NCBI GenBank assembly: GCA_023381255.1
Contig: JAMCTX010000003.1
Coordinates: 392-64,391 of the forward strand
DNA: 64,000 nucleotides
Direction of reading: 5' to 3'
Origin: Nitrososphaerota archaeon
GTDB taxonomy: Archaea; Thermoproteota; Nitrososphaeria; Conexivisphaerales; UBA164
The position numbers and the translations under genes were made by a program. The notes beneath the pieces were generated by a model. That model searched no databases, was not told where the DNA came from, and saw only the letters and a list, made by a program, of their open reading frames with translations. Numbering within the stretch: the first letter of the stretch is position 1; each line of letters opens with the position of its first letter. Positions 36,980 through 46,232 of this stretch are shown one piece after another.

Positions 36980-38158
36980 TTGGAAGCATATATTGTCGAT
37001 TACTTGAGGTCACCATTCTCAAGGTCAAGGCCGAAGGAGCCAGAAAAGGATGTTTATAACGGGCTCAGGATGGACGAGGTTCTGGCATCGTTGATTAAAT
37101 CAACAGTCGAGAAGAACAAAATAGACCCAATGGATATAGGGGATGTTATAACCGGTTGCGCTTTTCAGGTGTCCGAAAACTGGCTGTATGGGGGAAGGCA
37201 TCCGGTTCTTCTGGCGGGCCTGCCAATCCAGGTTCCTGGCATGGCCATTGACAGGGCATGCTCCTCATCTCTTGCAGCAACGGTAACAGGCGCAATGGAG
37301 ATAGACACTGGAAATTCAGGCATAGTGCTTGCAGGGGGAATGGAGCACATGACTCATGTCCCGCTGGGCGACAACCCTCACATTACTCCTAGCTACAGGC
37401 TGCTGGTCAGGCCGGAATACATGAGATATAACATGAATGTTGGATACGTAATGGGCCTAACTGCAGAAAAGCTTGCCCAGGTGAGCGGGATAAAAAAGGA
37501 GGACATGGACCAGTGGTCTTTCCGCAGCCACAAGCTTGCGTCTGGCTCCATTGAATGGCTGTCCCATGAACTTATGCCAGTTACCGTGGAATATCAGGGC
37601 AAAAGCGTAACAGTTGACAGGGACCAGAGCATAAGGGCTGACACTTCAATAGAACAGATAAGAAGTCTGCCGGCATCATTCGTGCAGGGCGGGATCATAA
37701 CGGCAGGAAATTCTTCCCCCCTTAATGCTGGCGCTTCCCTGGTTATGCTTGCTTCGGAGAAAATGATCGAGAAGTACGGGTTAAAGCCGATGGCAAAGAT
37801 CAGGTCTGCTGGCTGGGCTGGAGTTGAGCCAGACCTGATGGGAAAGGGACCGGTGCCTGCCAGCAAAAGGGCGCTCGAAAGGGCTGGGCTAAAGGTGGAT
37901 GATATTGATTTCTGGGAGATCAATGAGGCATTTGCCGTGGTTACTCTTTATGCAATAAGGGAGCTAGGGATAGACCCTGAAAGGGTGAATGTGCACGGCG
38001 GGGCAGTTGCCATAGGTCATCCTCTCGGTGCTACCGGCGCGAGAATTGCAGGGACGCTGGCCAGGATCTTAAATGAAAGGCATGGAAAATATGGCGTGGC
38101 CACCCTGTGCGTTGGTGGCGGGCAGGGATATTCAGTGGTGCTTGAGAGGGTTGAATGA
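36980..38158 (+). CDS. acetyl-CoA C-acyltransferase (thiolase)
   Basis: DRACSSSL (active Cys), NEAFA, GHPLGATG, CVGGGQG. Confidence 0.9.
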   Translation: MEAYIVDYLRSPFSRSRPKEPEKDVYNGLRMDEVLASLIKSTVEKNKIDPMDIGDVITGCAFQVSENWLYGGRHPVLLAGLPIQVPGMAIDRACSSSLAATVTGAMEIDTGNSGIVLAGGMEHMTHVPLGDNPHITPSYRLLVRPEYMRYNMNVGYVMGLTAEKLAQVSGIKKEDMDQWSFRSHKLASGSIEWLSHELMPVTVEYQGKSVTVDRDQSIRADTSIEQIRSLPASFVQGGIITAGNSSPLNAGASLVMLASEKMIEKYGLKPMAKIRSAGWAGVEPDLMGKGPVPASKRALERAGLKVDDIDFWEINEAFAVVTLYAIRELGIDPERVNVHGGAVAIGHPLGATGARIAGTLARILNERHGKYGVATLCVGGGQGYSVVLERVE

Positions 38159-39285
38159 GATTGGATTTTAATTTGCCTGAAGATGTAGAAGAAGTAAAGC
38201 AAAAGGCAAGAAAATTTGCAATAGAAGAATTTAATGATAAAACAGCTTCAAGGCACGACCTGGAAGAGCTTTATCCATATGAACTGCGAAAAAAGGCATT
38301 CGAAGCGGGGCTGGTCAGGATAGACAATCCATGGGGCGTGCTGCTAACGATGGAAGAGTTCTGCAGGGTGGACCCCGGGCTAGGGCTATCCATACTTGCT
38401 TCAGTTTTCGGTTCGGAACTCCTTCTGTTGTACGGGACTGACGAGCAAAGGCAAAAATATATGGAACCTGTATTAAATGGCAGCAAGATCAGCGCGGTAG
38501 CAGTGACTGAGCCCGGTGCTGGCAGCGATGTTGCAGGAATAAGCAGTAAACTCGAGAAATCAGATGATGGATTCCTGCTCGATGGCCAGAAGATGTTCAT
38601 AACAAATGGCACAATAACGGATTTCTTCTACGTGCTTGCCCGTACCTCACCTCCGCCTTCAAAGGAAAAGCGTCATCATGGGATGAGCGTTGCAATCGTT
38701 GATAGGTACTGGCCCGGCGTTTCTGTTAACAAGCTAAAGGGAAAGCTTGGAATGAGGGCTACAGATACTGCAGAAATCAAGTTTGAAGGAGTGAAAGTCC
38801 CAAATGAAAACATAATTGGGGAAATTGGAAAGGGGTTCTACTATATTATGACCTTTTTTAATATAAGCAGGGTGTATGTGGCAGCCCAGTCGGTGGGGAT
38901 AGCGCAGGGTGCGCTCGATGAGCTGCTGAATTACGTTAAAAATTCTGGGTCAAATGAAGAGAGCCTGCAATTTATTCTCGCCGAATCCGCATCAAAGCTT
39001 GAGGCTGCGCGTTTGCTGACATACAAGGCGGCATCGCTTGTTTTCCAGTTCAACCCGGACCCGGCCCTCACAAGCATGGCTAAGTACTTTTCAGCCGAAG
39101 TTGCAAACTCGGTCACTGAAAGCGCCCTGGAATATATGGGACAAAAGGGCCTGCTTTCCAGGCTTGAAAGACTGTACAGGGACTCCAAGATAACTGAAAT
39201 ATGGGAGGGCACAAGCGAAATTGAAAAGCTGGTCATTGCGCGGACCCTTATAAAAAGAGCGATGCAGGGTGATCAAATTGCTTAA
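38155..39285 (+). CDS. acyl-CoA dehydrogenase (catalytically competent subunit)
   Basis: TEPGAGSD and C-terminal EIWEGTSEIE with the catalytic Glu. Confidence 0.9.
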   Translation: MRLDFNLPEDVEEVKQKARKFAIEEFNDKTASRHDLEELYPYELRKKAFEAGLVRIDNPWGVLLTMEEFCRVDPGLGLSILASVFGSELLLLYGTDEQRQKYMEPVLNGSKISAVAVTEPGAGSDVAGISSKLEKSDDGFLLDGQKMFITNGTITDFFYVLARTSPPPSKEKRHHGMSVAIVDRYWPGVSVNKLKGKLGMRATDTAEIKFEGVKVPNENIIGEIGKGFYYIMTFFNISRVYVAAQSVGIAQGALDELLNYVKNSGSNEESLQFILAESASKLEAARLLTYKAASLVFQFNPDPALTSMAKYFSAEVANSVTESALEYMGQKGLLSRLERLYRDSKITEIWEGTSEIEKLVIARTLIKRAMQGDQIA

Positions 39286-40333
39286 TGAAGAAATGCAGCT
39301 GTTAAAGCAGGTGGTAGAGGAGTTTTCGGTAAAGGAAATAGACCCTGTAGCACTTAAAATAGAAAGGGAGGGAGTAACGCAGGGAATTCTGAACAGCCTT
39401 GCTGAAAAAGGGTTCCTTGGCGCTCTGGCGCCAGTGGAATATGGGGGCGCGGGGTTGGATGAAAGGGGATATCTGGTGCTTCTTGAGGTGCTTGCAAAGC
39501 ATTCGCCTTCCGTTGGCATGTATGTTTTGCTCCAGAATTCGCTGTTTATCAGCCCGATTTTGAGGTATGGAACTAAGGAATTGGCCCAGGAAATTGTTCC
39601 TGGCATTGCATCAGGTAAGTCCTCTGGGACAATTGCAAATTATCTGTTAAGCGGTGGCAAGATATCAATTGAAGGCTCTTCTTTAAGTGGAACATCAGAC
39701 CTTGTCCCGAATTCCAGCGCTCAAATGTGCCTGGTGCTAGCAAAATCTGGAAACGACAGCCAGCTGGTGCTTGTGGATGGCGGTTTTAGCATTGTAAGCG
39801 ATTCAAGGAAGCTTGGGTTCAGGGGACTGAGGTACTCGACGGTGTCATTTGAAGGGGCAAAAGCCAAGTCAATTCTGTTAAGCGGTGGGGGCGAGAGGGA
39901 AGTGCAGAACCTTTACAACGATTCATCGTCCCACGTTTCAGCCATGGCACTGGGAATGAGCGAAGCAGCGCTTGACATGGCAGTGAGCTACGCTAAGGAT
40001 CGGCAGGCGTTTGATGCTCACCTGATAGAATTTCAGCCAATTGCCTTTTCAATTGCCAGGCTGGTATCAGAATTTAACGTATATGAAAAGTACCTGTACG
40101 GCATTTCAAGCGTTAAGGAGGGGATGATGCTCAAGGAGCTGGTGCTTGAATTTTCAAGAAGGGCTTCAAGGGCATCACTGCAGGTCCATGGAGGTTACGG
40201 CTACATTGAAGATTCCGGGGTTGAACGGTTTTACAGGGATACAATGGCTCTTGAACTTCTAACAGGCAACCGCATATCAGACATGTCAGAGCTTTCGAAA
40301 GAACTTCTTGGAGGGGAAAGTGCTAAATATTGA
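39269..40333 (+). CDS. acyl-CoA dehydrogenase-like protein lacking catalytic Glu and TEPxxGSD motif
   Basis: ACAD fold (HGGYGYIEDSGVERFYRD), but the aligned EGT position reads LLTGN and no TEPGAGSD equivalent is present. 17-nt overlap with the upstream ACAD gene. Confidence 0.7.
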   Translation: MIKLLNEEMQLLKQVVEEFSVKEIDPVALKIEREGVTQGILNSLAEKGFLGALAPVEYGGAGLDERGYLVLLEVLAKHSPSVGMYVLLQNSLFISPILRYGTKELAQEIVPGIASGKSSGTIANYLLSGGKISIEGSSLSGTSDLVPNSSAQMCLVLAKSGNDSQLVLVDGGFSIVSDSRKLGFRGLRYSTVSFEGAKAKSILLSGGGEREVQNLYNDSSSHVSAMALGMSEAALDMAVSYAKDRQAFDAHLIEFQPIAFSIARLVSEFNVYEKYLYGISSVKEGMMLKELVLEFSRRASRASLQVHGGYGYIEDSGVERFYRDTMALELLTGNRISDMSELSKELLGGESAKY

Positions 40334-40730
40334 ATTCATTCAGGTAAAAATACGTCCCCTTTGCTATGGCGCACAGGTTTCCCTTTCCGTCATATATATT
40401 TGTAATTGTATATGCAATGCTTTCTCCGCCCTTTACAACCGATGATTCTGCTGCTACCGGGCCCTCGGAAATCGGCCTTAAATAGGAGACATCCAGGTCC
40501 ACTGTGACTTCATTTTTGCCTAGATTATATGAAAGGGCAGCGCATCCGCCTGCTGCATCAGCCAGGGTAGCTGTCACCCCACCGTTCAGAATGTTGCCAA
40601 ACCTGGCAAGTTCGTCCCTGTAATGCAATGAGAGCCTGCAAGACCCAGCCTGTATTCTTTCTACCTTTACGCCCAGCAGTTTCAGAAACGGGTCATTCTC
40701 GATAATTTCCTTAAGCACGCCAACTTCCAT
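40323..40730 (-). CDS. PaaI-family hotdog-fold thioesterase
   Basis: 135 aa. NILNGGVTATLADAAGG motif. Confidence 0.7.
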   Translation of the reverse strand: MEVGVLKEIIENDPFLKLLGVKVERIQAGSCRLSLHYRDELARFGNILNGGVTATLADAAGGCAALSYNLGKNEVTVDLDVSYLRPISEGPVAAESSVVKGGESIAYTITNIYDGKGNLCAIAKGTYFYLNEFNI

Positions 40731-40872
40731 GCGAAAAGAATATATGTTATAATAATAAGCCTTTCTTTATAATCCTTGATTTTAGGCGTGCATTGCGGCA
40801 ATCAATGCAGCATATGGCTGAATCAATTTTTTAAGAAAACATTTATCAATAATAGTGCTGATTTGCCTTTTA

Positions 40873-41211
40873 ATGCGTGCCAGAAAAATCGACAATTTGG
40901 ACTGGGAAGAATTAATAACTGTGCTTAATAAAATTTCCAAAACCTGGACGTTTCCAATCGTTATTTTTCTGGCTAAGGAGAGACCCACCAGGTTCAATGA
41001 ATTAAAGCGCAGCGTAAAGGGCATATGTTCACGGTCTCTAAGTGAAAGGCTTGATGAGCTGGAAAATGAGGGAATAATAAAAAGGGAGGTCACAAGGGAT
41101 TCGCCACCCAAAGTGGAATATTCGCTAACCCAAAAGGGGGTCGAGCTTTCAGCCGTGCTTGAGCAGCTTATAAGCTGGGATTTAAAATGGAACGAGATAA
41201 ATAAAGTATAA
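40873..41211 (+). CDS. HxlR family transcriptional regulator
   Basis: KTWTFPIVIFLAKERPTRFNELKRSVKGICSRSLSERLDELENEGIIKREV. Confidence 0.75.
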   Translation: MRARKIDNLDWEELITVLNKISKTWTFPIVIFLAKERPTRFNELKRSVKGICSRSLSERLDELENEGIIKREVTRDSPPKVEYSLTQKGVELSAVLEQLISWDLKWNEINKV

Positions 41212-41257
41212 TTTTTGCACCAAGTTTAAATAATATACTTAATTTTCCTGTATTTGC

Positions 41258-41671
41258 ATGATAGAACTATATGTAATAGTGTTAACAGCATGGTTGCTGA
41301 TTTTCAGGGTTGTTATAGGAGGAACAATGATGATACACGGCTATCCTAAATTGAAAGATGGCTCAAGGCAAGCCGGGCAATGGATGAAAAGCATGGGCAT
41401 ACCGCCTTGGACAGCCACACTGGCAATGATACTGGAATTCTTTGGCGGAATATTGTTGATAGCAGGTTTTCTGACCAGGCTTGTATCCGCCTTTATGGCG
41501 CTTTTCATGATTTCAAATATTATAATGAAAAAGACAAAAATGAAAGCATCGTATGTGTCCCAGGATAAACCAAGCTATGAAGTTGACGTGCTTTATCTGC
41601 TGATTGCAGTTACGCTTGCTGTAATTGGCCCCGGCTTGTTGTCAATAGACCACCTCATAGGATTGGCATAA
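41258..41671 (+). CDS. DoxX family membrane protein
   Basis: Four TM segments. MMIHGYPKL and EFFGGILLIAGFLTR, a typical DoxX pattern. Confidence 0.75.
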   Translation: MIELYVIVLTAWLLIFRVVIGGTMMIHGYPKLKDGSRQAGQWMKSMGIPPWTATLAMILEFFGGILLIAGFLTRLVSAFMALFMISNIIMKKTKMKASYVSQDKPSYEVDVLYLLIAVTLAVIGPGLLSIDHLIGLA

Positions 41672-41694
41672 TTTTATTTTTTTGTTTATTTTTC
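41672..41694 (+). terminator. oligo-T tract after DoxX (archaeal-type terminator candidate)
   Basis: TTTTATTTTTTTGTTTATTTTT immediately after the TAA stop. Confidence 0.35.
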
Positions 41695-41818
41695 CAGCTT
41701 GTAACCTAATCTGCTTATACCATTTTCAGGTTTTTGCCTGTGCGGGTTATGAAGCACAGCAAACGTAAAAGTTCAGCAACGCATTTAGCTTCTATTGCCA
41801 TTTATCGGTTGAAAGTAC

Positions 41819-42253
41819 ATGAGCAGAGATATGACCGATTTTAATGCCCGTACCATTGCTGAGTTCCGAAGTAACCATGGAAGGGTAGGGGGTAATTTTG
41901 AGGGAGCCCCCATATTGCTTCTTCACCATACCGGAGCCCGCACGGGCAAGCCCAGGATCAACCCAATGATGTATCTCAAAGACAGAGATCGGTACATCGT
42001 TTTCGCATCCAAGGGAGGGGCTGATACAAATCCAGACTGGTACTATAACATAAAGGCACATCCGGAAGCCCAAATCGAGGTTGGCGATTATACGCTAGAT
42101 GTCTATGCGGAGGAGATCAAGGGTCCTGAGCGTGACAGGCTATATGCGTTGCAATCCTCACTGTATCCCAGCTTTGCCGACTACCAGCGCAGAACCAGCA
42201 GGAAAATTCCAGTGATTGCCCTGATACCTAGGGCTGGTCAAAAGTCGGCATGA
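41819..42253 (+). CDS. deazaflavin (F420H2)-dependent nitroreductase/quinone reductase family protein (Ddn-like)
   Basis: NARTIAEFRSNHGRVGGNFEG.PILLLHHTGARTGKPRINPMMY...GGADTNPDWYYN matches the PF04075-type pattern as I recall it. Confidence 0.65.
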   Translation: MSRDMTDFNARTIAEFRSNHGRVGGNFEGAPILLLHHTGARTGKPRINPMMYLKDRDRYIVFASKGGADTNPDWYYNIKAHPEAQIEVGDYTLDVYAEEIKGPERDRLYALQSSLYPSFADYQRRTSRKIPVIALIPRAGQKSA

Positions 42254-42454
42254 GGCTTGATTTCAAATTAACTGTGATGCGGCCAAATTCAAAAGGAAAA
42301 AGCTGACATGCGCAGAAATTTTTTGCTATTAAAAAGCCGACATCGCACAGAAGACCTTATTTTAATATGATAACAACTGGCTGGTTCAATAACCCGAGCT
42401 GACTTCTTCCAAAACATGCAGAAGTTTATTAGCCACTTCCTGCACTAAATATAC

Positions 42455-43348
42455 ATGAAGCTGGGAATTGCATTGGATAACTTTACAGTGCCAGGAAGTG
42501 CTGTTAACGTCAAATCCCTTGTCGAAAAGGCTAAACTGGCTGACTCCCTTGGATTTGAATCAATATGGCTGTGGGATCATTTGCTTCTTGGGTCCAAAAC
42601 GGTTTATCCAGTATTGGAACCGATAGCGCTGATATCTAATATAGCAGCCCACACTGATAAAATAAAACTCGGCACCCTTTACCTCTTTGGCCTGAGGGAC
42701 CCGCTGGTTCTTAGCAAATTGATATCGACGGTAAGCTACCTATCAAACGACAGGCTAATGCTTGGAGCTGTTGCTGGATGGTACAAAAAGGAATTTGATG
42801 TGGTTGGAGTAGATTTTGGCAATCGTGGAAAAACGCTATCAGAAAGAATAACACTGGTGAGATCGTTGCTCTATAGTCAAGACATTAATGTTAAAAATTA
42901 TTCTCATATAACGATAGAACCCAGGCCGTCTAAAAAAGTGCCCATTTTGATTGGAGGATACTTGGAGAATTCGCTTAAAAGAGCTGCCAGGATGGGCGAT
43001 GGCTGGATATCGTATTATTTCAAGCCTGATGATTTCAAGTGGGGTCTGGGTGTAATGGAAAAGTACAATAAAAATGCCCCAGCACTTGACAATACTGACA
43101 TGGTCCCAGTTTATGTGGGTGATAATGGTGAGGAAAGAGTCAGAAAATTTACAGACGAATTTATGGACTTGCCATCCTGGTCTAGGTGCAATGTAAGCAG
43201 TGGAATATGGGGTACTCCTGGCGAAGTTATTCAAAAGATAATTGAATACAGCGAAGCGGGTGTAAAAAGGCTGGTTTTTATACCGGCATATTATGAAAAG
43301 GAGCAAATTGAAATTTTGGGGCAAAAAGTGCTTTCAAAAATTCAGTGA
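42455..43348 (+). CDS. luciferase-like (LLM class) flavin/F420-dependent oxidoreductase
   Basis: KLGIALDNF...AKLADSLGFESIWLWDHL is a typical LLM N-terminus. About 300 aa. Confidence 0.7.
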   Translation: MKLGIALDNFTVPGSAVNVKSLVEKAKLADSLGFESIWLWDHLLLGSKTVYPVLEPIALISNIAAHTDKIKLGTLYLFGLRDPLVLSKLISTVSYLSNDRLMLGAVAGWYKKEFDVVGVDFGNRGKTLSERITLVRSLLYSQDINVKNYSHITIEPRPSKKVPILIGGYLENSLKRAARMGDGWISYYFKPDDFKWGLGVMEKYNKNAPALDNTDMVPVYVGDNGEERVRKFTDEFMDLPSWSRCNVSSGIWGTPGEVIQKIIEYSEAGVKRLVFIPAYYEKEQIEILGQKVLSKIQ

Positions 43349-43410
43349 TACTGCGCAAAATCTATGAGATGTGAAGCTTAATGGCAGGTCAAATTATTTC
43401 AATTGGATTG

Positions 43411-43992
43411 CTACTGTCCAAAAAAGGCCAGCGGGTTTTTTATCCCCGGCAATTCTTTTTCAGCATAGTTATATCCGGCATTTGCTATGTCTATATTGAG
43501 TTTTATGGCTTGATCTGTCTTGTCGCTAAGTATATTTGATATTGTATCATTAAGGTTGTCCCTGCCCAGCTGCATTATTTTGGCAAAAGCTCCAAGCATG
43601 GATACATTTGAAGTGACGCGGGGTTCCCTCATTTTATTTCTGGCAACCTTTTCCGCTATTTCAGTTGCAGGCACACGAATTGCCTCAGGCCATTTTCCAT
43701 CAACTAGGGAAGAATTAAAAAAGATTGTTCCATAAGGCATCAAATCCTTTATTCTGCCAAGCGCGGGCACGTCCATTGCTATCAGCATGTCGAACTTCGT
43801 GGGTATTGGATTTAACACGTGTTCATCCTGAATGACAACAATGCTTTCAACAAACCCTCCCCGTGTCTGGGGACCATATGTAGGAACAACGGTGGTGGAT
43901 AGGCCTTTGTTCATAAACAGATATGCAATCATGTTCCCCATTTCCACTACGCCAAGCCCTCCCCTTCCGGACACCAGTATCCTAGCTTTCAA
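43411..43992 (-). CDS. 2-oxoacid:ferredoxin oxidoreductase gamma subunit
   Basis: ILVSGRGGLGVVEMGNMIA...YGPQTRGG. Probable TTG start at 43992 overlapping the beta stop (the ORF opens at 44076). Confidence 0.75.
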   Translation of the reverse strand: MKARILVSGRGGLGVVEMGNMIAYLFMNKGLSTTVVPTYGPQTRGGFVESIVVIQDEHVLNPIPTKFDMLIAMDVPALGRIKDLMPYGTIFFNSSLVDGKWPEAIRVPATEIAEKVARNKMREPRVTSNVSMLGAFAKIMQLGRDNLNDTISNILSDKTDQAIKLNIDIANAGYNYAEKELPGIKNPLAFFGQ

Positions 43993-44770
43993 CTGAATCA
44001 ACCCCAAACCTGTCCCTGAATAGCCCCGGTGGATAAACTTTGGCGCTGACGTTGTGCGCATATTTTTTTGAATCAAGTATGCTCATCTTCCAGTTTACGT
44101 TGCATGTTCCCAGAAACTCAACATATGAAAACCCTCCCATCATCTGTGTCTTAAGCGCTGAAACCACAGCCTTATAGGATTCATTGGCTTCCTTAGAGGA
44201 GTACAGCACCCTGTCTTTCAGCTGAACGGGTTTTGGAGCTATAACCACCCTCCTGATATATGACGGCCTTGAAAGGCCAGAAAGCAATTCACATGAGTAT
44301 ATCGGTGGCCCACTCTTTTCCGTATTTCTGCCAAACGGGGTGGTCATTGTAACCATTCCTTCAGGCGTGGTTGGGGCCATCTGTCCGCCAGTCATTCCAA
44401 AAACCATGTTGTTGTACATAAAAACTGTGACAGGAATCCCCCTGTTTGCGGCGTAAATCAATTCCTGAAGCCCTATGGACAGCGCATCACCATCTCCCTG
44501 AACTGCAAATACAATTGCCTCCGGTTCCACTTCTTTTATTCCAGTCATTATTGCGGGGGCTCTCCCATGCGGCGCCTGAACATAATCTATGTTGAGAAAT
44601 TTAAATGCGAGTGTTGAGCACCCAACGGATCCCACCATTACAGCTTTTTCGGTTATTCCCAGTTCTTCAAGCGCCATGGCAATAAACTTCAATAAAAGGC
44701 CATGCTCGCAGCCAGGGCAATATGAATTCACCGCGTTCGGGAAAACCGCGCTCAGCTGTTTTATTTGCAC
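43982..44770 (-). CDS. 2-oxoacid:ferredoxin oxidoreductase beta subunit (TPP-binding)
   Basis: CPGCEHG and GDGDALSIG TPP motif. Confidence 0.85.
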   Translation of the reverse strand: MQIKQLSAVFPNAVNSYCPGCEHGLLLKFIAMALEELGITEKAVMVGSVGCSTLAFKFLNIDYVQAPHGRAPAIMTGIKEVEPEAIVFAVQGDGDALSIGLQELIYAANRGIPVTVFMYNNMVFGMTGGQMAPTTPEGMVTMTTPFGRNTEKSGPPIYSCELLSGLSRPSYIRRVVIAPKPVQLKDRVLYSSKEANESYKAVVSALKTQMMGGFSYVEFLGTCNVNWKMSILDSKKYAHNVSAKVYPPGLFRDRFGVDSVES

Positions 44771-45789
44771 TTTTCCAACACCTCTTCCGTGTCGGGATAA
44801 ATTCCCCCCATAAATGGAATCTGCTCCACATCCCTCCTAACCCAGTACTGAACGTCATGCACCATCTGCCCTTCATTCATTTCAATAACTACTATTCTCC
44901 TGCTGTTTCTGGCAGCATCCACAAGCATCTTCCCAGGGAAAGGATTTAATGTGATTGGTCTGAAAACGCCGGCCTTAATTCCCCTTCCCCTCAAATCAGT
45001 GGCAGCTTCCATCGCAATTCTGGCGCTTATGCCATAAGCTACAAACAGGGTTTCAGCATCGTCGCACATAAAGCATTCACTTAATGGTTCAACCGCCTTC
45101 CACTTTTCTTCAAGCTTGATTTTTATTTCCCTAAATTCGCTTGGTTCAAGGTAAATGCTGTTTATCAGGTGCCTAGCCCCGTTTTTCCTCCCCCGTGCGC
45201 TCCAGCTTGTTTCCACATTGACGGGGAACTGATGGTCCTGCTCGACGCTCTCTAGCATGTGTATTATTATTGCTTCAGTTAAAATTATTACGGGCATCCT
45301 GAACTTGAAGCTTAGCTCAAAGGCCATCCTGACCTGGCCCATGGCTTCCTGGATTGAGCTGGGCGCAAGCACTATGCCCTTACTGCCGCCATGCCCGAGG
45401 GATTTGGTTACAAAGAGGTAATCGCTCTGCTCTGGAGCCACGTTCCCAAGCCCAGGACCGCCCCTGTTGACATCAATTATTACCAGGGGTATTTCCGAAG
45501 TATAAGCATAGGATATGCCCTCTGCCATAAGGCTTAATCCCGGGCCTGACGTGGCAGTCATGGAAATATGACCTGCGGCACCTGCGCCCATGAGCAGGTT
45601 AATCGATTCAACCTCGCTTGCTGATTGAAAATAAACCTTGAATTTGTCGCTTCTGTGACGGGCATGCAGAATCGCAAGGTTCTCCATTATTTCGCTGCTG
45701 GGGGTTATCGGGTATCCAAAATATGCCTCTAGGCCAGCATCAACTGCTGCTTCCGCTATTGCCTCAGCTCCCATTAGCAGCCTCTTCAC
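44761..45789 (-). CDS. 2-oxoacid:ferredoxin oxidoreductase alpha subunit
   Basis: KRLLMGAEAIAEAAVDAGLEAYFGYPITPSSE. Probable GTG start at 45789 (the ORF opens at 45885, inside the delta gene). Confidence 0.85.
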   Translation of the reverse strand: MKRLLMGAEAIAEAAVDAGLEAYFGYPITPSSEIMENLAILHARHRSDKFKVYFQSASEVESINLLMGAGAAGHISMTATSGPGLSLMAEGISYAYTSEIPLVIIDVNRGGPGLGNVAPEQSDYLFVTKSLGHGGSKGIVLAPSSIQEAMGQVRMAFELSFKFRMPVIILTEAIIIHMLESVEQDHQFPVNVETSWSARGRKNGARHLINSIYLEPSEFREIKIKLEEKWKAVEPLSECFMCDDAETLFVAYGISARIAMEAATDLRGRGIKAGVFRPITLNPFPGKMLVDAARNSRRIVVIEMNEGQMVHDVQYWVRRDVEQIPFMGGIYPDTEEVLEKCK

Positions 45790-46027
45790 CTGAAACCACC
45801 TCAAGTATCGAATAATCCGGGCACACTGTATAGCATATGTTGCAACCGGTGCAATCACCCCTTTTACCGTGAAAGTTGAATTCAACGTAATGATAGCCCA
45901 GCCCGTTTATGCTCTTCGAAAGTTCAAGGTTCTGCTGGGGGCAGGCATTGACGCATATTTCACAGCCTTTGCACCTGTCGGCATCAATGATCACATCCCA
46001 TTTTTGCCTTAAAACCGGGTGATACAT
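45764..46027 (-). CDS. 2-oxoacid:ferredoxin oxidoreductase delta subunit (2x[4Fe-4S] ferredoxin)
   Basis: CKGCEICVNACP and CTGCNICYTVCP. Confidence 0.85.
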   Translation of the reverse strand: MYHPVLRQKWDVIIDADRCKGCEICVNACPQQNLELSKSINGLGYHYVEFNFHGKRGDCTGCNICYTVCPDYSILEVVSGEEAANGS

Positions 46028-46232
46028 GTTTATGATTTATATGATTTTGGCAATATTTATACATTTTTATAAATTTTTTTCGGAATTATTTATATAAATT
46101 ATAATTTTTTATTGTAATTTTTATAGAAATTAACATGCGGTATTTTTATTCATAATTGAAGGCAAGACCAAAAATAAGCAGCAAAACAAATTCTGGGTAA
46201 AAATCGGCGTTTAATTTAATTTTTTTGAACGA

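Noticed and set aside
42272-42350. GTGATGC ... CTGA with flanking CTGTG/CACAG complementarity (C/D sRNA-like)
   Set aside because: The box spacing (23 nt) and box order do not fit the C-D'-C'-D architecture. Only one box pair is present.
46028-46232. Extremely AT-rich 205-bp spacer considered as a replication origin
   Set aside because: No ORB-like repeats and no cdc6/orc1 gene nearby. It lies upstream of the OFOR operon and is adequately explained as promoter DNA.
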